Positions 13,310-26,802 of a stretch of DNA of 64,000 nucleotides are shown here, in pieces. The notes under the pieces are model-generated. The model had not been told where the DNA came from. It was given only the letters and a program-made list of their open reading frames with translations, and ran no database searches. The number at the start of each line of letters is the position of its first letter. Position 1 is the stretch's first letter. Origin of the DNA: Carcharhinus longimanus (taxonomy: Eukaryota); the NCBI GenBank assembly GCA_030264375.1, contig JASCQW010000162.1:107920965-107984964 (forward strand), written 5' to 3'. Position numbers and translations under genes: made by a program.

Positions 13310-15528
13310 CTTAGCTAGCTTTCTGTACCACTTTTGGGGTCTCTCAATTTGCAATATATAGGCTTGCAAAATAATTCTGATCCTAAAAGAATGAAACATT
13401 TGTGCTTGCACTCCTGCGCTTAGAACTGAAATAGTTAAATTTTTGGCCCTTGACCCCTGTTCCTGATGAGTGAAGCGCAGAACCCTGTCCCATGCTGACA
13501 ACAACCATTTGGCCAGCTATCCAGGGCCTGCTTGTGCTTTATTTCCCAGTCCTAGCTGCAGCCTGTTGTGTAGTCTGACCAGAACATCTTCAATATGCTC
13601 ATTTAATGCTGTCAATTTACAGATGCTGAAACCCATGCTGCTTTCATTTGTGCCCATGTAGGATATCTCGGTTGAACCACAACTACATCTGTAGTTCCTA
13701 TAACACTTAGAATCTGACCAATTCCGTCTTTTTACACTCTGGCATCCCCCACATGTGGTTGCTCTAAAGAAAAGACCACCATGATCACACAATCCCCCGC
13801 TATGTTTGCCTCTCGTTTTTTGCCACTGAGGTGGATACCGTTGTTGCCATCCCTCTTCTGTGCCCAATCACACTTATTATGTTACGGTTGCAGTTGCTTC
13901 CTGCAAATGCACTGCACTATTCTGTGGAATCAACAATTGTTGATTTGTGGCCCACTGTTACATTTCAGATGAAGTATTTGTTTTGGGATTGGGTCACTGG
14001 TGTGGCCACATTACCTGCATGGATGCCCAGCCATTTTAAGGGTGAACGTTATTTATATGCTTATGCTCCTGGTGAGCTGGAGGCACTCTGTACAGCTCCT
14101 TGCTTGTGGGAGGTTAGGAAATCAACCAGCTTTCATTCAAACTAAAGAAAATCTCTGCTGCTCCTCCCCCCAAATATCTTTCCACTCTGCCTGTCTTGGC
14201 ATTTCTGCAGATCCACTGACTCAGCAAATCTAATGGGCCATCTGACTTCCCACCTGTGGAATAGTTTCCTGGCATTCAAAAGGCCAGAAAATAATCATGT
14301 AATTGCTCGAGAGACTTGCACTCCTTATTGAGCCACCAAGCTCTTAGATCATCTGGAACTGGTATCCGGAATCAATCCTTTAACTTTAATTAATTCAGTG
14401 CTTTTGTAATAACACATTCTATGGACCTGGCCACAATTTCCAAGTACCCTCCAGTCCCCAACACCAGTAATGTACATTCACTGATTGGAGCATTGCACAA
14501 ATCATAAGCAGTAAGGATAGCATGCTTTATTCATAATCTGTGATGATTTTGAGTGGTTAATGGTAAATGCTGCAAGTTGCTGTGCCCAAACATCATTGAA
14601 TTACCAAGCCATAAGTATAACAAAGGCACACAAAAACATTATCCATACCGTTTCTGTAACCGACTGGATTTAACTGATTATCCTATAGGAAGTTATTGGC
14701 TAGTTCAGTTATATTTTTGTGCTGCACTTGCTAATGCAATGGCATTCTGTGCCAATTCAAATGCATGACAATGCTCTTGTTCCCTTTTTGCTTGTTACTT
14801 ACAATTTTCCTCCACCTTGAATACATGTAGAACTTCTCCACTGTAAATCTGCGCTGGTGTTCTTATCTGCCTCATGTTTGTGACATTTAATCTCCACCCT
14901 TGTTTCTACATATGATTAACTTTGCAACTTCCAGTTTTGACCATTTTTTGACTAATGGGCACAGCCTTGCCTTTTTACAGCAGTCTGATGGGCTAATCTA
15001 GCTCTTCAAGTCTATTCTGTTACCCATGTGCTTTGAAAAGTTTTTACTTCATGTTGAACATGTTGTTTCTCATTTCTAATCTCAGCCCTTCCCTTGTATG
15101 CTTCTTTTATATTTTCCACAAGGGGGAAATAATGCTACAGAAAATTATTTTTAACACATGCTGTACTTTTTTTAAAAATAAAACTTATTTTCACCCTTAG
15201 TCAATCAGTGCTATAGTGGTTTTGGCAGTGTGGTTTTGCCCGTCAGAGGCTTCATTTCCTTGGAACAAGTAGCTTTTGGTACTAGTCCCAGAGTAAAGTT
15301 ATTTACTGGTGAATTATTATTTCCACCCCTGGTTTGTTGGAACCAAGAGCCTCAAGTATTGAGTAACTTAAAAATGTAGAACTGAAGTGTTTTAAGTACC
15401 TCCCATCTCTGAGTGGAAATTGAATATTGCAGCATTTCTAATGCTATACTTATTACAGCGCCCATCATCATATGATTTTGGACCCGATAAAATATGGCAG
15501 GTATGTTAACTGGAATTTCCAGACTGGC

Positions 15529-15615
15529 TGTGTGTGTGTGTATATATGTATATGTGTATGTGTGTGTGTGTGTGTGTGTATATATATGTGCGTTTGTGTG
15601 TGCGTGTGTGTGTGT
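15529..15615. repeat. compound (TG)n/(TA)n microsatellite
   Basis: Directly visible. Confidence 0.95.
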
Positions 15616-16239
15616 CCCATTTCCTTTCTTCAGTGAAAACCTTTGCAGAGAGATCTAAGTATTGCCACAATAGGGATATCTTGCTGCTGAATTAATCCTG
15701 TTAGGCCTGTTCAAGACCAGATGTAAATATCAAGNNNNNNNNNNNNNNNNNNNNNNNNNNNNNNNNNNNNNNNNNNNNNNNNNNNNNNNNNNNNNNNNNN
15801 NNNNNNNNNNNNNNNNNNNNNNNNNNNNNNNNNNNNNNNNNNNNNNNNNNNNNNNATCCACTGTGCTATATTTTTGTTGTGGCATCTCTTAGCTAAAAAC
15901 AAGCTTTGTTTTTCAGTACAACTTTTGTTTCATTTCTTTCCATAACTATGTGAAGAGAGGTTTGTTTGAGTTTGTTTTGCATTTGCGTGCAGCATTTCTT
16001 AAATTTGACAAAATTGCTGGTTTTAAAAATTCACTTGATTTTGTGCATGCCAACTGTGTGTTTTGTGTTGTCTATTCTGATGATGACCTGGCATTAATGT
16101 AACAAGAGATCACAGTTAAAGCATCCTTGATGAAATTTGTGCCAGATGACATTAAACAATCAGTCCCTGCCCAAAAAGTGTAATTTCTAAATAGTTCCAA
16201 TTATAATTTTCCTTTTCAAGGAACCCAAGGATCTAACAT

Positions 16240-17995
16240 TTATTCCAATGAAAAGTGTTGGAAATACCCAACAGATCATGCAGCATCTATGGAGAGAGCA
16301 ACTGTTAACGTTCAAGGTCAATAGCCTATTGTCAGGCTTGGAAATGAGATATTTAACATTTTTTAAAGAAGTACAGAGACAATGACGGTGGGGTTGGTGG
16401 GGGGGAAGAAATAGTGTGTGGGAAGAACAAGAGAGAAGGTCTTTGATAGGGTGGAAAGGCAGGAGAGATTAAATAAGAAGGGATGACAGTCAAAGGCAAA
16501 GGGAGATGGTAATGGGATAAATAAAGACACAAAAAAATTTTCTAGAGGAGGTGTAAATGTGAATAACTGAATCACCCACACCTGTCGTTTGAAGAAATGA
16601 GGATGGAGGCTGTGATCTGAAATTGTTGAACCCGGTGTTGAGTGTGGAAGACTGTAAAATACTTAATTAACAGAACTGTCTCTCCCAGTTAATGTTACCA
16701 CTGGACAGGAAGCTGTCAGACAGAATCTTGGCTCTTTTCCTTTTCCTTCTTTTAGAAAACATGGGTTAAAAGCGTCACAGAACTGCCAGTTTTCTTTTAA
16801 CAACAGAAAAACAAAACATTTATGAACATGAAAAGTCTGACTATAGAATGGTACTCCTTCACCCCCACTTCACAAATGTACATAGATTTTAAGGATACCA
16901 CAGGTTACAACATGTATCTTGTGTTATAATATTGTCATTAACACAGTCCCTGCAACTCAACAGGTTAACTGTGGTTAGACAACACCCCACTCTGGAACCA
17001 AGTGGCAGATGTCACACAATCAGACTTCTGAGGATGTTTCCTCAAACTCCCCCCAGATGATTCACGTGAGGGTTTTCAAACTCCGCTCTCAAAAAACACA
17101 CTGCAGAATCTTCTTACAAACAATGCTTTCCCTCAGCTGTTTTCAGCAAGAATCGATGAAGAACAATGTGGTCTTCAAGCTTGTGTTGAGTTTTGCTGGA
17201 ACAGTGCAAGAGAATAGGCCAGAATGGAAATGGGGTGATGAGTTAAAATAATAGACAACTAGAAGCTCAGTGTCTCCTCGCAGTCTGAAAGTGGTGTTTT
17301 GCAGAGTGATCAATCAATCTGCATTTGGACTCTGTGTGGAAGCGACTGCGTTGTCAATAGCAACTACAGTACACTAAATTAAAAAAAGTACAAGTGAATC
17401 ACTGACTAACCTGGAGGGACTGTTTGGGTTCCAGGGCATTTGGAAGGGAGGAGGTAAGAGTGGGTGTTGCATCTCCTGTGCTTGGGTGGGGCGGTGTTGT
17501 GGGAAGGAGATGATTGAAGAATGGATAGGGGCATTGTGGAAAGAATGGTCCCTTTGGAATGCTGGGAACAAAGGGGAAGATGTGTTGGAAATGGCACAGG
17601 ATGACATGTTGAATGGGAACGAATTGGTTGGAAGGTGAGGACAGAATATTTTATTTTTGGCGGGCATGTGGAAGTAATGGGGACAGAAGTGTGGGCAATG
17701 GAATGGACACATTTGAGGGCCCTGTAATCCATGGCAGTGGGGATACCTTGGTTGAGGAAAGCCAACCTATTGGGTGGAGGTAGTGCCAGAACAGATGTGA
17801 AGAGGTGGAGAAAACAGAATTTACAGGAGGAAGTGTAATCAAGGTAGCTGTTGACTTATAGTGGACATGTTGCATCTGTAATTTTTTCCAGCTCTGAGAA
17901 GTAGTCATTGGTCTGAAATGTTAACTCTGCCTCTCTGTCCACAAATGCTGGATCCTTCCTGCATTTACTATTTGCATTTGCAATATTTTGATTTT
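16240..17995 (-). mobile_element. Penelope-like element (5'-truncated, inverted terminal segment at ~17885-17995), with a ~470-bp insert at ~16690-17160
   Basis: Reverse-strand decayed frames (FLNQGIPTAMDYRAL...; RRCNTH) and GIY-YIG-region sequence. The terminal cagcatctatggagaga / tctctgtccacaaatgctgg segments are in opposite orientations. Confidence 0.7.
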
Positions 17996-18374
17996 GTATT
18001 AAGATTTTCTTATTTTTGTTAAGAGTTATTAAGCCTAAGAAGGTATGACGAACATCTTGCTCAAAGAAAGGAGGAGAGGGAAAGATAGAACAGGCTTGGC
18101 AGCCAATAGTGGTGGGGGGTGCAATTGCAGGGGGTGTAGGTGATGCAAGAGTTAGGGGAAACGCCACTGAACCTTTAGAGGATTGGAGAGCTGAACTAGG
18201 TAGTGCATTACTTACAAAAACAAACTCCTGGAAATGTTCAGGTCTGGGGGCATCTGTGGAGTGAGAATAGAGTTACTATCTTAGATTGAAGACTTCTTGC
18301 CATCTCTACAAGTGCTGTCAGATCTGCCGAGCATTTCCAGCATTGTCTGCCTTTATTTTCGATTTCCAGGTTCT

Positions 18375-18900
18375 GGGAAAGAGACGGGGACTCAGGGCCT
18401 CAGGCTGGGGGCATGAGGGTGGGAGAGATAGGGATTGGGGGTCCTGGAGGGGGGCAGAGATGGGACCTGAAGTCTTGGGGAGAGATGTGGACTGGGGGAC
18501 TTGGGGGGCAAAGATGGAGTCTGTGGGTCTCAGCAGATAGGGATTGGGGGTTTCTAGGGAGAGATGCACAGTGGGGGATTCTGGGGCAACATGGGGACTG
18601 GATGGGTTCTGGGAGTGATTGGGGAGGGCTTGAGGCGAGATGGGGGACTGGGGGTTCTGGGGAGAGATGGGAACCGGGGCAGATGGGGTGTTGGAGAGAG
18701 AATGGGGGATTTGGGAGGGGCTGTGGGAAGAGATGGGGACTGGGGTGTGGTGGGGGCGACTCCGCAGGGAGAGGGGAAACTGGGGAAGAGATGGGGACTA
18801 TGGAATGTGGACTTGCAGAGCATGAAAGGTTTCGGAAGTGGCATCTGTGAATGGCAGATTAGGAGAGAGGAAAGAAGGGGATGGGGAAAAGGAGGGGGAA
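18375..18900 (+). repeat. G-rich degenerate minisatellite, unit approx. gggagagatggggactgggggttct
   Basis: Many imperfect copies of gagatggg(g)actggggg. It produces the spurious Gly- and Pro-rich ORFs. Confidence 0.8.
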
Positions 18901-21900
18901 ACACTGTCAATGGGTTGGTTCCTGAGAGGCAGAATGCAGCAATGGGCGGAGGACTGGGAGAATGGTTAGCAAATGGTTGTGGAGACTCGCATGCCCTCCT
19001 GAAGTGGGAGCTGTACAACATGGTGAGTGGGAATGGCACTGAGCAAGGAGAAGCTGGTAAAGAGGTGAGTCAAATCTTGAGGTCCTTAACTGTGGGTAAA
19101 TGATAGATTTTTCCATTAATGGATAAATTGAGAACTAGGGACCAGAGGCTAATAATTTTAGCTGGAGAAAATTGAGGAAAGGAGGAGCATGGTTCTTGAA
19201 TGGAGGATAATTGAACTGTAGAATCCTTCATCATGTGACTATTGGTATGAAGAAATAAAATTTCATTGGAAAGGAATGGGATATATATTTGAACAGAAGG
19301 TAGATAAAAACTGGCGGGGGTGGGGTTATATGAGAGCTGCTTGTACATTGTCTCAACCTATAATTTTGTGACAATCCTTTCCTGGATACGAGTTCAGTGA
19401 GTGGTCTAAAAATGCTGGTGAATTGAGGTTAGGGTGAGATGACCAATGAGAAACCCCCACCCACCCACCCAAGTGCCAAGCCTGCTGCCCTTTGTGCAGT
19501 ACAGTTTGCTTCAGACTAACTCTGACCGAAGTTTCCAGTTGCCTCCACCTGAGTAGAATTTCAGTGAGTCACCATTAGTTGCTGGTGAAACCAAAGATCT
19601 CCCTCGACCCACCTCACCTCTCCTGCTTCAGGTCTGGCCCCACAATTCTGGCAACTTGTTGCACGAAACCACCCACGTAAAATACTCAAATACCAGGGAC
19701 CTAATCTTTGATGCGGGACCATCTTTAGCCTCCCTGTAATTGGACATCACGCATTCAGATGTCATGTGATCAGAATGTCACATGACATGCCAGAATGCCT
19801 CCGGCCAGAAATGGCAAATCACCTTCAGTTCCACACAATTTTGACATAATCAACACTGATGACAGTAAACGCTGGCCTTGTCGGAGACTCGTACATTGAA
19901 AATGGAAAGAAGAACTACCCACTGAATTAAGGGATGCTACAGTCTTGCTGTTTGGGAGAGAGCAGTAAGCATTGCATTTTCAGCTGGTATTGATGTTTGT
20001 TTGTGTGTGACGTACGTATCATGCATTTCTGTAAGGGTTAAATGACAATTATCCTGGTTGGCAAGCTTTGTACATAATAATCTCCTATATGCTTGTGATT
20101 TTCCATAGTGCCTTAATTTCAAAATTAAAGTAACATTCATTTTGTTAAAAAAAAATTCGCAAATCTCACTTGTATGATGCATATTTCATAAAGAGAGCAG
20201 TTCCCATGGACTGATTAAAGATTATTGCTTCCAACGAGAACGACTTTGTATTTTGTGTGATGTTCGGTCGTAACTGATTTTTAATTGATTTTTATCCAAG
20301 GCAGTCACTCTCTTTAGCTTTGTTGCGCAATAATATGAGGAAAATGCTGGTCCCAGATGTACAACTGTATTAGCATGAGACATGTTCTGTTAGATGTCGC
20401 TGCAGTTTATTAGGTTCAAAGAATCACAAACAGTGCTCTTAAGGCCATGTGATTAGTTGCTGCCAACAGTTCCTGATTTCGGCTTCAGCAGTGGGAAACG
20501 TACAGAGCTCGGGTGAAACTCTGGGTAAATTACCTCGCGCTATTTAGCCAGTCATAGACAACTAGAAATGGAACTTGTGCCTGGCTTCTTCAAGATTGTT
20601 GTGTGTGATTCGGTGATTAGGGAGAAAATAAAGTTAATTATCTTTTCTAAATGGAGAGGTCCACCTTTTGCTTCTCACTGAGATTTTAAGTTTTCTGGGG
20701 CATTATACATTAGGCACAAGTCCCCTTCTGGTGTATCATCCAAGGGATTACTGCTTGTGTGTGAGCCTGTAATTCTGCTACAGGGTCATAACGGCTGTGT
20801 CTAATACTTCCTTCACGTTCACACATGCAAGCCACTTTCAGTGGTTTCTGGATAACTATCTGAAGTGGCCCAATTTCCACGCTCCTACATCCTTGGCTCT
20901 GAGGTGAAATGGAACTTAGCACAGGTCAGGAGTGCAACTTCGGATCTACCGACTTGTGTGGGAGAACTGCATTCAGTGAATGAAGGCTGTGTTATGGTAC
21001 ACATTTCTAAAAGCAAACTTTTCCCAGGTACATGAAAGGTGCAGCAAAATTTTGCAATGAGCATAAAAGAATTATAACAGTAAAAAAAAAATCTACAGCA
21101 TGCTTGAACTGGTCTATGATCTACTTAACTATGCACTGGATACGATAATTGTGACCATATGCAAATTCCATTGAAATCTTGTCATTGAGCAGTGCAGCAT
21201 GCTGGTGGAAAAGTGATGTGGCTACTTGTAATTCTGCATCATTGTTGAATGTTAACATTTGGCATTCCCATATTCTGTACCAATCATTTTGGTTGCACAA
21301 AGAAACATACAGGGCTCCATGCTTGGCACAAAACAGGTCAGTTGGGCAGCTGAAGTAGACTTACTCCCTTCTTTCCTGCCTGGAGTTGGGAGGGGCACCT
21401 CCTGAAGCCAATGAGTACTACTTTAGATATGCACAGAGGAGTCCAATGATATTCTATCTGCTATTTTAACCTGACGGCGAAGGGGGTGAGCAATGATGAT
21501 GGCTTTCCCAGCCGGCCTCTCTGATCCTGCAGGAATTATTTTGACTAATTTAGTAAGAATTCCTCTTCTGGAACACTTAGCTCATGCCTGGGATCATTCC
21601 TGTTGCTCCTCAGTGGCACTTTCCCACTGCCCAGTTTTAATGGCTCAGCAACCACTTCCCACTGACCTTTTGGGTGTTTCGACCAAAGTCAGCGAACAGT
21701 ACTGTTCATGAGACCTGATCATTCAGGTAGGCTGAACTTGCCTCCTGCAACCCCTCTGCGAGCATGGGTTTGTTTTGTGTTCTGCAGCTCAGAATAAAAG
21801 AATCCCGCACACAATATACCAGGACGTTTCATGGCGATGCAGTTTTAGTATTTGTTAGAAATAAGTCAGTTGTTGGGCTGTTTAGCTGCTATATTCTTTA

Positions 21901-22376
21901 AACGATGTGTTTAATTTAAGCCTGTTGCAATTTTGAAGTATAAAATCTACAAACTAGAAATAAAAGGGTTAACCTGCTAGTGCATCGTCATGGTCTTCAG
22001 CATATGCTATCAATATTGTTGAGCCTATCTGAAGTCAACCACCATGGCAACAAGGCCTATCAGTTTTCAGGAGAGAATTGCCTACAGACTTTCCTCTACT
22101 GTGCGAGCCCCATCAAATATCTTCTGTTCTTTTAAGTAACCATGCATTTTTAAAGGCCCAAAAGTGAATTGACACAATATCTTCATTGAACAGTTTCCCT
22201 GTTTTAGTTTTATAAATGAAACTCTACACTATTGGGCAATAATTCCTCCCATCACCGTTAAAAAAATCAGTTCAGCTATAATATGGGATCATATTATAGT
22301 TTCTTGGTTTGAAGCTAAGTTTGCTTTTGAATTGCATGCATGCACTTAAACGCAATTTGTAAAATACAGAGGCTAC

Positions 22377-23105
22377 GGAGAGATGGTGTGTAATGGCAAT
22401 GTCGCTGGATTATTAATACAGAGGCCCAGGCTAATATTCTGGGGACAAGGGTTCAAATCCTACCAGAAAAGCTGGTGAAATTTAAATTAATGATTCAAAT
22501 TAATAAAATAAAATCTGGAATTAAGAGCTAGTCTCAGTGACAGTTTCAGGGCACCATTATAAATTTTCCAAAATATCCACCTTGTTCATGAATGTCACTG
22601 AGAGAAGAAAATTACTGTCATTACTGTGACTCCAGATCCCACAACCATGTTTTAACCGCCCTCTGAAATGCCTTAACAAATCATTCAGTTGTACCAAATT
22701 GATAAAAGTCAAAATNNNNNNNNNNAATGCAACTGGATAGACCGCCTAGCCTTGATTAGGTACAGGAAGCGACAATGGTACACCAAGCCCAGTCAACACC
22801 TGGGGGCTTGTGCCAAAACTGGAGAGCTGTCCCACAAACTAGTCATGTAAGGAAGTAGCTTGAAGGAACCATACACAGAACTGTACGCTACACAAAAAGT
22901 CCCGGACACCATCATCATCATTATTCTCCTGGGCATGCCTTGTCCAATCGGTAGAATAGGCACAGCGGAAGCGGAGGGACAGTAGTGGCATCTGTTTGGG
23001 GAGGGAGTTGCTCTGGGAGCCCTCAACATTGACTTTAAACCCCATGATGTTTCATGGTGCCAGTTCAAAATTGGGCAAGAAAACCTTCTGCTGATTACTT
23101 CCTAC
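22377..23105 (+). mobile_element. 5' part of a CR1/L2-group LINE: tRNA-like head, 5' UTR and start of the AP endonuclease
   Basis: B-box ggttcaaatcc at ~22450. From ~22793 a decayed APE frame begins (NTWGLVPKLE.LSHKL..., GVALGALNID, GQENLLLIT). Confidence 0.7.
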
Positions 23106-26100
23106 TGTGAGAAAAGAATCTGACACATAAAGGGTTAACTTGGGACAGAGTACGGTACTGCCCACACAGTTAGGTAAGGACTCACATGACCCACTTAGGA
23201 GTCAGTGTAGTGTTGGACAGAGTATGTGTAGAAGCACACATGGGGATAGCTCCTGGTTGAGTCATTGCTGTTCTTGTATCTATAGTTTATAATAGTTAAT
23301 AAATACGTACTAGTGAACTAACTAAGTAAGATGATGAATGCCTTAAGACCTATCAACTACACCCAAAACCTTACAATATGATGACAGTGAATGGAGCAAC
23401 TCAAAACCTCGCAGAGACTGTGGAAGAAAATTAATTTCTGGAAAGCCAAAGGAAAAATCAAAGGAGTATTCTGATCTGAAGAAAAGCTCAGCAGGAAACC
23501 CCCAAAGAAAGGCTTGGAAGCTGAAGACGGAAACTGAATTCCTCACTGTAGCAGAAGACTCCATTGAATCCGATAGAAGTCCAGCTTCAGTACACGTGTG
23601 TACAATCAGGTGACCCAGCAGGGTTGAGCTTAAAAGTTTAAATTCCTGGACCACATAAGTCTGGAAAAAAGTTAAATATCGCAGTGGTTAGAAATTGCTG
23701 TTAAAATGTAGTCAGAGGAAACTGATTCCTGAGTCTATGCCTGAACACCCATTGGCTCTTTGAGTAAAGAAAACAAACAAATTAAAAATTAATCGTGACT
23801 GAGCTTTAAAAATGGAGCTAAACCTGTGATTCGATGCTTCCAAAAATCTGAGAACTTTGAGCTAAACCAGGGAAGATTCTAACCAGTTGATCCAAACAGC
23901 TAATGTTGAAAACATTTAAATACTGGAGTCACGAGTGCCATTATCATGGAAGCCGACCAAAACTGGCAAGTATGACTAAACCGTTTGTAAAGAAGGATTT
24001 TTAGGAGCTTGTTAAAGCTGAAACCTACAATTTAAAAATTTTAACCATGGATCAGAAATTCACTCTCCTGGATCAATTTGAATTTATCCAAGCCCAGATC
24101 AATCAAAAATTTGGGCACTTTGGAGAAAGAGATTTCTTAAGTATGTGATTGCTTCAGGTCTGGATAAAAAAGATAAAAGCTGAACAAGTTAATACACTAT
24201 TCTATTCGGTAGGCCCGATAGTAGACGATATAATAGCTAGATGAGGAATCAATAAATTATCTGCAAAATTTAATGAAGTTTTAAAATCATTTGACACTTA
24301 GTTTAACCACAGAATTAACAGAGTCCTTGAAAGGGCAAAATTTAGTAAGTGTATCCAACATGTCGATTCTTACATTTATGAGCTGTGCAGAATGGGTGAA
24401 GGTTGTGATTATGGTGACCTGAAATCTGAGCTAATAAGGGATAAACTAGTGTAGGAGGGGCAGACGATGCACTCGGGCATTTTTAAAGTGAAAAAAGATC
24501 AAACCCTTAAGAAAACCAACCAGGCTATCTGAAATCCGTTTGCAGCACAGATCTGTATTGAAAGAAAGCAAACCATTGTACCAAATAAACTCCTCTGTCC
24601 AAAAGCACAGAAATGGTGGCACTCCAGGCCAAGGAAGCAATGCCCCAATGGACCAGGAGGTTGACCATGCCTGCGCTGTGGAGCAAAGCACCCCCAGGAT
24701 TGACTCTCAATTTCAGTCCAGTGCTTTCAATGGAACTGAAGAGGACATTTTGGAAGGCTGCGCAAAACCAAACCACCACGATGCACTGAAGATCAGAAGA
24801 GGCTTAACAAGGTCGAGACAGTATACCAAGAGGACGCAGAACCATGCTGCTTGGGTAAGGTCTAAGATCCTGGATTTTCATTCTAGAATGTGGACACCTC
24901 GGTTAAGGCCATCTCACAACTTTAAATTGGACATGGGAGCAAATGTTGTGGTTGTATTGGACAAAGAACTGAAGCACCTCTGGCCATGAACAGCAGGCAC
25001 ATCACTTTTATGGGCCTGGAGGAATCTAACTTCCAATCAGAGGCATCATTAAAGCATGATGGCAAAGAAATCTTCAAGCTGATGTATATCATTCATAAAC
25101 AGTCTTCTCTCATGAGCAGAGAAATCTGTGCAGCTCTGAGCCTCCTCCAAAATGGAAGGAAATATCAAGACAACCACTGTTGTAAATTATAGAGTTGGAA
25201 GCTCTTGGACTCGCAACAAGAACAATTGTTTCGAATGGCGCTTCTTGCAGAGTAGGTTTGTCCACTTTTGTTAGAGGTGCCAGAAACTTCTCATTGATCA
25301 GACCAGCCAACTATTTGGATGGTTACCATGACAGTGTGAGAGGATGGCAGTCAAGAGAGGTGCCAGCCAAGAGAAGAGCTGCAACCTCCAGCTCCGATGC
25401 CAGTTGGAGAGATAAATGAAGAGACCACCACAGAGCAGATGCTGCAATCCCCATTCTGCATATCAGTGCCAAAAGCAATGTTAGAACCAGGTGATAGCCA
25501 TCTAAGAATGACTGCACACCCCACAGCCAAATGCAAAGATAAACCAACTACCAAGTCACACCCTCACCAAGGGAAGAGCTGTCCTCCATTCCAGCATCTG
25601 TCATGGCAAGCCGTAGGAAGGAAGAGGAAAAGCAATACTATGGGGATAAGCCCAGAGTTTGCCCACTTGTATGGGGACTAAGCCAACTGACATCTGTCAT
25701 AACAACTGGAAAATCGACAGTGCTTCAATGCTAAAGAACAAAAAGAGAAATTGAGGAAGACACCCAGATGCCGGAAAATACTCTGATCCAACAAAATTTA
25801 CCTGCAGCAATAGAGTCTACTACTTCTCTGACAGTAATGAGAACAAGGTATGGAAGGGTTATAATGTCTTCTGATCACTTGAAGCTATGAACTCAGACTT
25901 GAGGGGAGGAAGATAATACATGGGGTAAACTGTGTGAACTTGTAAATACATGGGATGAAAACTTGGGTGAGGTGCCCTATAAGGGGGTGGCACATGATTA
26001 ACATGAGATTGAATACAGTACCACCCATTGCAGTGATGTAAGAGAATGACCCACACCTCGCATTCAGTTTAGTGTTGGACAGAACTGTGTGCAGAAGCAA

Positions 26101-26232
26101 GCACTGAGACTGCTCTTGATTTAGATCTTTACCTGTTTATATACGTTCTAGTAGTTACTGAATACTTACTGTTGAACTACTTAAGACTAAATATCATAAG
26201 ACCCACCAAGCTAAGCCCAACCCTTTATACAA
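23106..26232 (+). mobile_element. Internally deleted Gypsy/Ty3 LTR retrotransposon
   Basis: 5' LTR ~23106-23378 starts TG and 3' LTR ~25914-26232 shares cagt(g/t)tagtgttggacaga and further blocks. PBS-like tgatgacagtgaatgg at 23379-23394; PPT gaggggaggaaga at 25901-25913; gag remnant WRKRFLKYVIASGLD...QVNTLFYSVG...LERAKF...ELIRDKLV; protease FKLDMGA; cctac on both flanks. Confidence 0.85.
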
Positions 26233-26548
26233 CCTACCATTCTCTCTCAGCTGATGTCAGTATTTCCGAATACCAGTTAGAGGAAGCTGTTCATGTAGCA
26301 AAGGCAAGAAGGTGCTCTGATTGGGGACTGCAGTGTTGATCAAGATTGATCTGTTAGCACCACTACTGACTGAGCTGATTGAGTCCTGAAGGACGTATCT
26401 GCTGGACCAAGCCTGTGGCAGATGGTGAGGGAATCTATCCTGGGCCTGGTCCTCAGCAGTCCGGTTGTTGTAGATGCATTGATATTAAAGGTAGGGTTGA
26501 TCATTGCACAGTCCTCTTGAAGACACAGTCCCATTTTCACACTGATCA
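26233..26548 (+). mobile_element. Continuation of the LINE AP-endonuclease region after the LTR insertion
   Basis: Resumes tacc..tctctcagctgat...ttagaggaagc...ggggactgcagtgt (GDFN-like)...ggtagggttgatcattgcacagtc (SDH-like). Confidence 0.7.
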
Positions 26549-26721
26549 TATCCGAAGATGTACAAGTTAAACAATTTGTAACCTTCAAAGAACATCAAGT
26601 TTCTGATTGTATAATTTGCACAATTTTAACTTGACGTTAATGGAATAAAGCGATGTGCCATCCCTTGGGAATCAGGTAGGTCTTAATTTTGAGTTGTGCT
26701 TGAAAACCAGATAACATCGAT

Positions 26722-26802
26722 ACGTGACCCTAGGATTTTCACAGTAGCTTCACGGCAGTTTTAGTGTAAGCTTACTTGTGACGAATAAATACATTTTAAA
26801 CT
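26722..26802 (+). mobile_element. Isolated 3' tail of the alternative-tail V-SINE, or of its partner LINE
   Basis: ctaggattttcacagtagcttca...gtgtaagcttacttgtgacgaataaata matches the tails of the copies at 33060 and 48172. Confidence 0.6.

Noticed and set aside
18286-19116. Long overlapping Gly/Trp- and Pro-rich ORFs
   Set aside because: By-products of the G-rich minisatellite, with no splice or protein-family support.
24540-24989. 149-aa ORF as a host or domesticated gene
   Set aside because: Decayed Gypsy gag-protease junction. The catalytic motif reads DMG rather than DTG, and the surrounding frames are broken.
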